Translations under genes and position numbers: made by a program
NCBI GenBank assembly: GCA_951406725.2
Contig: OX597823.1
Coordinates: forward strand, 35,278,001 to 35,342,000
Direction of reading: 5' to 3'
Source: Octopus vulgaris
Taxonomy: Eukaryota
DNA: 64,000 bases
Part shown: positions 54,171-64,000 of the stretch, piece after piece
Layout of the letters: the number at the start of each line of letters is the position of its first letter
Numbering within the stretch: position 1 is the first letter of the stretch
The notes under the pieces: generated by a model
What the model saw: only the letters and a program-made list of their open reading frames with translations
The model's database searches: none
Told to the model about the DNA's origin: nothing

Positions 54171-55828
54171 AAAGGAGGTAAATAACAAGAACTAAGTCAT
54201 TTTGCCCCATACCCTAACATTTTTCCATCCCCAGAAATTGTCAACTGAAGCACAACTCGGTAGTTTTAATTGACCCAGTTCATAAGTCTAGTTTCCTTCA
54301 GTATAACTGAACACTGAATCCATAACTAACACCTACATTTTGTACACATTGATAATATCCATATACTCGGAAATTGCCTTGAAGATCATGTTTACTTATA
54401 GTTGTTCAGCTCCGGTCAGCTTTCATGAAATATACCGAAGATGAAAAGCGTTCAAGCTATGCCCATGGCAGATTTTCGTGTTTCTATTACTATGCTTTCC
54501 AAAACATTTTTTAACACGTTAAGGTGTGACTTCAAGACTGCTATTTCTAATAGAGGTGCTGTCGTGGATTTTGGGTTGGTATTGGCCGTGTCTTGATTGG
54601 AAATGATTCATTGAATCAGCTCATTTCAAACTAAGTTTTCTGTAGTGTTGAGCATATCTCTGACTTTGACTCATTTCAACCTGAGCATAGGTAAGTTAGA
54701 AGAACATTGGACAACATTCTTTAATATTTTTACACTACTACATCGTGAACTATAAATACTATTAAAGGATATGCTTAATCTATTTTATTCCAGTATTTTT
54801 GATCAATTAATTTACATAAGAATATTGAGGTCCAACAGTGTATCAGTCAATCTGAATTCTCCAAAATTTGACAAATATCATGAGTTGTCATTATGTCTTG
54901 ACAAAGGAGATAAAGGCAAATATTCCCATGTTCAGTTTCCTTCTACGTTTTTCTTACTCTCAATATGCTCTTTTGCTCTCTCAGTTTCGCTTCCTTATAT
55001 TTCCTCCCTTCACTTCTGTTCCCCGTTCTTTTCTCTGACGTCTCTTTCGCTGAGATTAAAATACCGAATGAAGAAATGCGGCAATCATAACCGCTGTTGT
55101 TAACTATCAAACTTGAACAAGTTAATACAGACTTGCGTACTTAGAATTTAATAGAATTGCTCTTTATATAGTTCTCATATGAATGCATACAATTTGAAAT
55201 TTCATTGACTAAGTGCAGAAATGGAAATGTTACTACTTACTATATAATGGTTCGCTTAAACCCAGTCTATATGTTTGTTATGTTAGTAATTAGCCTGATC
55301 TGAAAAATACACACAAAAGAAAACTATTTAAAAATTTGCCAGTATTTTCGTTGAATCTAGCAATTACAACATAAAATAATCGATAGAAATGCGTTTATTG
55401 CAAAAATGGAGAAAAACTTTTAACTTATTCATAACAAACTGGAGTACTGGAGTAAACGAATGGGAAAACTACACAGCGCTTCTTTACATATTAACTATTT
55501 TTCTCTTAAGTTCTCAGGTTGTTAGCATTGCTTTGTAAATAAATGCATACACATACACAGACACACACAGACACACAATGTGGAGACAATATGCATACAT
55601 AAATACATACATATATACAACTATATGCACGAGAATACATATATAAAACAAAACATACAAATCTGCACATACGCATACATACGAAAATTCTCTGTTGATG
55701 TTAAAATTTCAATGAAGGAGCCTTGGATCTAGATTAGAAACTGGCTCACTCTCTGTTATATCCTTATGCCTCCAATTTCGTAGTACGCTTGATATTGTCG
55801 ACGATAGATTAAGAATACATTGTAACAG

Positions 55829-57025
55829 TGTTATAAACAATACAAAATAGAAACAGCGGCAGTAACAAATACGTAAAGAACCAACAATCTTTACGAACCA
55901 ACAATCGATATTTCTAACACACTAATTCGAACTGTAAACTGTACCTGGACTTCGAAGTCCAAACTACGAATTGCCGTCTACGTCAGACCGCTACTATTTA
56001 TATGTAGGGGTCCCGTCTATTCTCGTCTGAGGCTGTCGTACTCTCACCACAACATCTCCCTTTTTGAGATTTCGATTTCCGAAGGAATAAAAAAATTATT
56101 CATTTTTTTAGTATGTTTTTCCCTTGGGCCTTATCTCAAGTTGTTCGGTCGGCTTCCGTTTTGCCATGCTGATTCTATGGGGCTCCATTACTTTCGGTGT
56201 TGGGACATCGAATACATATAAAATACTTCCATATGAATTTCTCTCTGTTCTTCGGTATGGTTCTTCTTTAGCTGATCTAAGAGTCTCTTATTGCTCCCAG
56301 CGTGGTACTTTAACTTGATACAGTCCGTGGTCCTATAACTTCCTATCTTTTTGGTTACAAGTCCATCCCCCTAGCCTTCTTTATCATTTCTGTCGGTTTT
56401 AAAATGCACTTTATCTCCTACTTTGAAATATTTCGTTGCATCTTTCATATTTCCTTTACCTCTTTTTTTTTCTCTGGCAGTTTAAGAATTTTTCTAGTGC
56501 TTACTCGTTACTTAATTCGCTCCTAGCTTTTCTTAACGCTCTTTTGAATGTGCCCACGAATTTTTCAACCTGCCCATTTGATCTCGGGTGGTAAGGTGGA
56601 GTGAAAATATACTTTATCGCATGCGTTTTGCAGAAGTTCTTGAATCCATACCCCGAGAATTGCGTTCCATTATCAGAAACTAATGTGTCTGGAACACCGC
56701 ATTGCGCAAATAATTCATATAGGAGCTTTATAGTTGTCTTGGCGGTTGGTTTATTGCACCTGTATATCTCTGGCCACTTTGTACAGCTGTCTACTACGAT
56801 TAGATTGTAAGCACCATTCACCGGTCTGGCACAGTCGATATGAAACCTAGACCATGGGTTCTTAGTTTCCGGCCATGATTGATATTTTATCGATGGGGCT
56901 TTGGCCGCGAGCGCGCAACCTCGACAAGGTCTCACCAAATTTTCGATATCCTGGTCCATAGTCAGCCAATAGACGTAACTCTTCATCAAAGCTTTTATCG
57001 TCAACGTTCCTGGGTGTCCGCTGTA
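55829..57025 (-). mobile_element. Gypsy integrase remnant with PPT and 3' LTR (~55829-56054)
   Basis: HPG..YW..CRGC, HID, DSCTKWPE, VSDNGTQF, PPYHPRSNGQVE; PPT AAAAAGGGAGA, then TGTTGT...ATAACA. Confidence 0.88.
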
Positions 57026-57027
57026 GA

Positions 57028-57540
57028 ATCACCACTCTATGTCTTTCTGTTCCTCTCTCTCCCTTTATCACTTTATTCTATACTTTTGAAGATTACTTGT
57101 TGACATCGTAAAATTTTTCAGTCGAAATCACACTTTCACAGACCAATTCAAACAGTAAACTAGTTTTTTCTTTAGATTCATATTAACTTAAAACGCTTCT
57201 CCTTCCTTGCTTAAATCTTAAATTCATAAAGCATACACTTTTATTCATTCATAGTGATATGAAAGTCAGCTATCTGAAACACTCTGACTGCTACAGTATT
57301 GAACCTATTGTTTAAAGCACATGTATTTCCCCTCCCTCTGTCCCTCTGTCTTTTTATCACCACTCTCTCTATCTCTCTCTCTATGTCACTTTCTTCACTA
57401 CTTTTGAAGATTACTTCTTGACATCGTAAAAGTCTTCAGCTGAAATCATACTTTCACAGCCGAATTCAAACAGCAAGCTAGTTTTTCGTTAGATTCAGAT
57501 TAACGCTTCTTGTTCCTTCTTTCGCTAAATCTTAAATTTA
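57028..57540. repeat. Diverged direct repeat of ~200 bp (57028-57225, 57356-57540)
   Basis: TACTTTTGAAGATTACTT.TTGACATCGTAAAA...AATTCAAACAG occurs twice. Confidence 0.85.
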
Positions 57541-58129
57541 CAAGGGGGCAGTGAGGAACGTTGCAGTAGGCACCTTCTCTCGGCGGTGATGCAGCCGCCC
57601 TTACCACCCCCTCTTCCATCTTCCCTGATGTCCAATATCTATCTACTTCACTGCAGTGTTTACAACCACTCCTAAGCAGTCATGCTCTCCCTATCAATAT
57701 GAATGTATTATACTGACCTGTGTTAAATAGCTTCCCCCCCCCACCTAGTTGATCTTGGTTTTCTTTTCCTTTTATCTAGTTTCTCTGCCTCTCTCTATAA
57801 ATATGTATCTTCTACTAGCTTTGTTTTTTATTTCATTTTTATTTTATTTTATATCTTTTATTTATTTATTTTATTTATTTATTTATTTTATTCATTTATT
57901 TTATTTTAAAAACATATCTTCTAATATTTTTTACTTATTTATATCAATTCTGTTCTTTTATTTAGTTTTTTCCTTTCTGTCAATGCCTGGGTATGTGAGG
58001 GGAGTTGAGCGCCCATCACTTATAAAATGCCCCCAATGGCCTGCGCAAGGCATGTTCTCTGACTGTTAAGCCTGACGCCTTCGTCAAACGAACAGAAGAG
58101 TGGAAAAAGTCATGTATTAGGTGCCTTCA

Positions 58130-61100
58130 AATAACCAGTGCTCCGGGTAGGCTGTACTGGTTAGCCTTGGTTGGCAAGCAGCCTGGGAGAAGGAATACTC
58201 TGAGTTCAAAACCAGGGGAGCAAGGCGCTTGCCGCCTTGGTAGATTACCTTGATAGAGATGATGTCTCGATAAAAATATCGGTTGGCAGTAACCTAAAGA
58301 CACACCTCATTTGTGAGTGTAAATGCCAAGCAAAATAGATGACAATAACGGTGTGAACGGGACTGGAACCAATGGTGAAGGTGTTGCACTCAGCAGGTGC
58401 CCCACTGTGCAGCAGGGTGGGTCTGGTCGTAATCCAGCAACTGCTAGCCATGCTACAAGACATAAGTGAAGTAAACAATTCAGCATAATGGTTATGGAGT
58501 GTTACTACGGGAGCACACCAGCGTATGCGAATGGCGTGCCTGTCAGAGGGTACAAAAAACGAATGCACAGTGAATGGACGGCAATGAAACTGTTCGAAAG
58601 TACTGAACAGAGATTATATGACCAAGCAAGAGCAATACGAAAGAATGGATGTTTTACAGAATTGGAGCTAGAAGCTATTAAAAACGGTTATCGGGTGATG
58701 CTGGGTATGCGGGAAACGAAAGTGGTATAGTGGAAGAGATGGACAATTGTTCGTAAGAATATAATACCGAGAATTGTGAAAGAATTGATTTCAGCGAGTA
58801 CTCAAAGAATGAAGGTCGATTAATAAAAGACAGAATTTTTTATCTATTAAATGCAGTAGGGACAGAATTTGAGAGCGACATTAAGAAGGCTAACCAATGG
58901 AGACTAAATCAAGAGACGAGTAAAGTTAATAGTGTACTGAGACACATTAAAACAAAGAACATCACACAGACATAATATGATTAAGCTGCTAGTAGGATTG
59001 TGGCGGAAAGGACGGGATTGAGAACAGCGTCGAATAGAAAAGGAGAATTGAAAAGGAGAATTTTTGAAGATATAAACTCCTTGAACAGTGTAGTGACAAT
59101 ACTTTTCAGGAACAGAAATGGAGAATTGAATGAATGAAAATTCGAAAAAGTTAGGAAGAAATATGGTGTAGATACAAAAGGCCTGAGTGTTGTAACTGAG
59201 GAACTGAAACAGTGCATACATGCAAAAAAAAAAGAAAGAAAAAGAAAAAAAGCAAAGCTAACTAGGTTTAAACAACGGATTAAGCAATACCAGCAAAACA
59301 AATTGTTTAAAACCGACAAAAGAAGATTTTACCAAAAGATTAGTGAAAGATTGGTCCCTGATGCTGATGAAAGTCGACTTTTCTGGGGCAAGATATGGAG
59401 TAAGCAAGAACAACATAATACTACAGCTGAATGGTTGTGCAGCCTGAAGCCAACAGCTTCTTATCCCCAGCAGTATAAGGGATTTGGGATAAAAAAGTTC
59501 AGTAGTTGCCATAAATTGATCGCAGAGCAATTTAATGCATTGATTAATGAAGATGAAGAAATCCCGGACTGATTGACAAAAGGATGAACGGTGTTGTGCC
59601 TGAAGGATGCATCAAAGGGAAATGTTGCTGACAATTACAGACCAATTTCCTGTCTCCCATTAATGTGGAAGTTACTGCCAGGAAGAATTGCAGAATAATT
59701 GTATAAATTTCTTGATGAGAACGATTTATTACTGCTGGAACAAAAAGGCTGTAGAAGGAGATGCAGTGGTACCAAAGTTCAACTTGTGATAAACAAAATG
59801 GTAATGCAAGATTGTAAACGAAGGAGAACAAATCTGGAAATGACCTGGAATGACTATCGCAAAGCTTATATGATTCCACATTCGTGGATCATCGAGTGTT
59901 TAGATCTGTTTGGAATTGCGAGGAATGTAACATGTTTCCTGAAGAGAAATATGGTGGGATGCAAAACTAAACCGACATCTTGTGGAAAAGCTTAGCCACC
60001 ATGGGTATCACAAGAGGCCTTTTCCAAGGTGATAGCCTATCTCCATTGCTTCTTGTTCTCTGCATGATACTCCTGATCTTGGTACTCAGGAAAATGAACA
60101 TGGGGTAACAACTAAAGGAAAAATCCCAATCAATCAACCACCCCCTCTTCATCGATGAGTTGAAACTGTATGACAAAGACGAGACACAAATTAGTTCCTT
60201 GGTGAACACGGTCCACTGTTTTAGTACTGATATTAAAATAGAATTTGGACTCAAGAAGTGCGGAATAATCTACCTAAAAAGAGGCAAAGTACAATCTCTA
60301 GCAGGCATAGAATTACCGAATAGGGACTCGATAAAGCAAATTGAAACGGAAGGATACAAATACCTTGGTGTACTAGATCCAACGAAATAATGGAAAAGGA
60401 AATGAAAGACAACTGAGGATGGAGTAGTTTCGAAGACTAAGGTAAGGTTGGTGTTGCACTCAAAATTGACTGGATGGAATAAAGTCCAAGTAGTTAATAC
60501 GTGGGCGATAGTATCCCTTCGGTATAGAGCGGAATTATAAAACGGCAGAAGAGAGAAAAGAAGAAAATGGATACCATGCCCAGAAATATGTTGACAGTAC
60601 GCGGAGCATTCCACCGACAAGCTGTAATTTTGACACCGATAGGCTGTACTTGTCCAGAAGAAAGAGTGGGAGAGGTTTAATCAGTGGCCAGGACTGTATC
60701 GAAACAGAGGAAAACAGCCGTTGAACCACTGTTCAAACACACAAAGAAGACTGGCGTCATCAACACTGAAAATTGTGTAACTAAAGAAAAATTTAAATAG
60801 GAAATGAACAAAAAAGTAGGAAAAGCATGGAAAGAAAAGAAAATGTACGGTCAGTTTGCAAGAGATGTGAACGCCAAGACAGATACAGAGGATGAGGAGG
60901 AGTGACCTGACGATAGAGACAGAAGCACTCATATGTGCAGCTCAGGAACAAATGTTAAGATCAATTATATGAAGTGCAGAATAGACACTACCGATAGCAA
61001 CAAATGCAGAATGTGTGGTAGAATGGTGAAACAGTGTGGCACATAGTTTGCGAATGCCCGAAATTAGCACAATGCGAATACAAAAGACGCCATGACATTG

Positions 61101-61600
61101 TGGCAAGATTGATCCATTGGGAGCTCTGTGGGAATAACGACCGGCAAAGTAAAGACGTAATGTGAGCAAACTTCAGAAGGATTCGCTGAAAATGAGAATT
61201 GCAAAATCCTGTGGGATGCAATGATCCAGTGCGATCATCCGACCAGACATCGGAAACCGGACATGGTTGTGCTGAATAAAAAAGAAATAATATGTATGAT
61301 AATCGACCAAGCATGCCCAGGTGACAACATGATCAATGTGAAAGAAAAAGATAAAATAAACAACTATGGCGATTTGAAGTGGGAAATACAAAGCAACCTT
61401 CGTATTTCACTGAATCAGTAGACGTAGTATCAATAGTAATTGATGCACTTTGAAGTATCAGCACTCAATTACCAGCATGGCTGAAAAAAGATTGGTGCAA
61501 GTATGAAGGTAGAACACCTACACAATTCAATATTGTTTGGAACTGCAAGAATTCTTCGCAGGGTTCTAGAAGCATGATCAGTAAACAAGTGTCACCTTAC
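58130..61600 (+). mobile_element. Full-length but decayed R4/Dong-type LINE
   Basis: [66 protein letters not shown]. Confidence 0.9.
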
Positions 61601-62283
61601 TCTACTGAGACTTTCCATCATACCCAACAGCCGCATCTGCGACAGAGTGGATAAAACCATTGCCCATACCACGAACGAATGCCCTAGACTTAACCAAAAC
61701 CACTTCAAGTTGTAGCGACACGACCAGGTATCAAAAGTACTACATTGGAAAGTCTGCGAAAAGTGAGGTCTAGAGAGAGTCAAGACGTTGTATGAGCACA
61801 AATCGCAGATAGCGGCAGAGTCGGAGACTAGGAAATTCCTCTGAGATTTCACAATCCAAACAGATCAGGTGTTAGATCATAACAGACCGGACCTAGTGGT
61901 TGTGGACAAGGTGCACTACATATGTTATATAGTTGACTTTGCATGCCACTTTGACCCACGAATAGTCAAGAAGGAAGGCGAAAAGATAGATAGACACAAC
62001 GAAATAGCCCGGCTGTGGTAAATGAAGAAGGTGAAGATAGTGCCAATTATTGTTGCGTCCTTGGGAACAGTATGAGTAGGTATCAAGAGGAATATAAAGG
62101 AAATTGGAATAGAGTACCCAGTAGAACTGTTACAAAAGATTTGCCTCCTGTGCACGACCAGAATAATCAGGAAAGTATTAGATAGCTGAAAATAACGAAT
62201 AGCATAGTACCGTAGGCTGCAGGTAGTAAGACTACAGGAGCTCCAACAAAACCCGTGGTAAAGAGAAAATAATAATAATAATG

Positions 62284-62347
<64 letters not shown>

Positions 62348-62471
62348 AACTTGGATTAAAAAGTGTGGCATACTTCTAATACAAAATGGTAAAATAATAA
62401 TAATAATGATGATGATGATAATAATAATAATAATAATGATAATAATATTAATAATGATAATAATAATAATA

Positions 62472-62543
<72 letters not shown>

Positions 62544-62550
62544 GATAATG

Positions 62551-62622
<72 letters not shown>

Positions 62623-63030
62623 GAATTTGGATTAAAAAGTGTGGCATACTTCTAATACAAAATGGTAAAATAGTGTCGTCGGGTGGTGTAGAGCTACCCA
62701 ATGGCGAGAAAATCAAGGATATCGAAACTAATGGATATAGATATCTGGGGATTTTGAAATACGACATAATCAAGGAAAGTGAAATGAAAGAAAGCTTTAG
62801 GCGAAAATATCTCAGAAGAACCAAATTAGTTATAGTAAGTAGGCCAAAGGAAAAGAAGATCAAGGTAATGAACACATGGGCTATTTCCTTAATGCAAAAT
62901 GGCGCAAGTGTTGTTAGACAGACAAAGAACGAACTTGAGGGGATGGACAGGAAAATCAGAAAAGTTATGACAATTAACAAGCAACTACTCCCCCAAAACA
63001 ATACTTTACAAATTGCATGTGCCTAGGAAC
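61600..63030 (+). mobile_element. Further R4/Dong-type fragments interleaved with long (AAT)n tracts (62266-62620)
   Basis: HNRPDLVVVDK..VDFACHFD; KKCGILLIQNGK duplicated at ~62352 and ~62629; YRYLGIL. Confidence 0.8.
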
Positions 63031-63199
63031 AGGGGTGGTGGAAGAGGCCTCATTGGATGCAAGATTTGTGTTGTCAACAAAAAGAACAGTCTGGGACGAT
63101 ATATCAAAGAAAGGATACAGCACAAAGGCCAGTGGGGATTTACATGTAATGCATGTAAAGAGTAACAAACAAGTCCCCCAAAGGTGGTGGTGGTGGGGG

Positions 63200-63722
63200 C
63201 TCCACCTAACGCCAATCAAAGAACCCCACACATCCTGGACACACCAAACGCCAAGGGTACATCAGGCGGGTATCCCACTTCTCTCCATTCAGTCTGAATT
63301 GTAGCTTTGTTGTCACATTGGCGTCTCTGCTACACGGATCTGTCGAACGGTTTTCATCATCTCGTTTTTTTAGCGCACGCTCTCTAACTCTGATAAAGTG
63401 ACTTTCGTGCTTGGCATTGCGAAATTGATCAAGAGTCAAATTTGCTATGCTTCAACTAAGTACTTCTTCTAGTTTCCAAACTATGAGTTCCTATATTCAA
63501 GATTCTTTTAATGTTAATTCCCTGCTAAGCCTTAACGCATCTACTTTCATAGCTCCTTCCAAGCCAATCCACCATCGATTGTTGACGATTACACCCGACA
63601 ACGTCTGATGGGCTAATTTGCTAAGCCGTCTCTGAACGCTTCCAGTTGTCTATGGATCCTAACTAGGTCGACTTTGAATTGATAGACACCAGATTATCCT
63701 CGCAATTCCGGCTGATTGTTCT

Positions 63723-63725
<3 letters not shown>
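63200..63725 (-). mobile_element. Possible L1/Tx1 ORF2 linker fragment
   Basis: VIVNNRWW..LTLDQFRNAKHESHFIRVRERALK resembles the post-endonuclease region; weak similarity. Confidence 0.3.
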
Positions 63726-63760
<35 letters not shown>

Positions 63761-64000
63761 CGACGTACGTACACTTTGGTCTCTTATATGAAAGTATACA
63801 TTTTTGTAAATCTTGTACGACTCTATTTCTGTCTATCAGCCCTTTCACGCTTATTCGTTCATTCCACTCTTCGTTCTTTCGTTCTCCCTCTCTCACATTT
63901 CTTTGCCTTCTCTGCTTACTCCTTTTCTCTCTACTTTTCACTTCACTGTGTCCGTCATTTTTTCTTGCCCCCGCCACCTTAATTCTTCTGTCCCTCTGCT

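Noticed and set aside
58035-58105. Hammerhead-like TTGACGA..AACAGTC on the minus strand
   Set aside because: The core and stem I are too degenerate to support a call.
61925-63001. 358-aa poly-Leu/Ile 'membrane protein' ORF
   Set aside because: It is the antisense of (AAT)n tracts and R4 fragments.

Overview
Repeat-saturated eukaryotic DNA with no recognisable host gene. The SINE types and the dense (TA)n/(CA)n/(AAT)n/(CATA)n tracts suggest an octopus or other coleoid cephalopod genome; this is an inference. The window contains: many nested, mostly decayed R4/Dong-type RLE LINEs; an RTE LINE and CR1-group LINEs; several Penelope-like element (PLE) remnants; two Gypsy remnants; two DD37D (maT-type) DNA transposon remnants; and tRNA-derived SINEs. 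Most ORFs in the supplied track are microsatellite or antisense artefacts. Four things stand out: (1) a decayed PLE ORF that appears to carry an N-terminal Ulp1/SENP-like cysteine protease; (2) about 9 hammerhead-ribozyme motifs of several families, one with a compensatory U3:A8 core; (3) a 2.06 kb retroelement with a 16-bp TSD that encodes only an ORF1/gag-like zinc-knuckle protein and is inserted in a SINE; (4) recurrent fold-back inversions. All calls come from manual translation and motif reading, and element boundaries are approximate.
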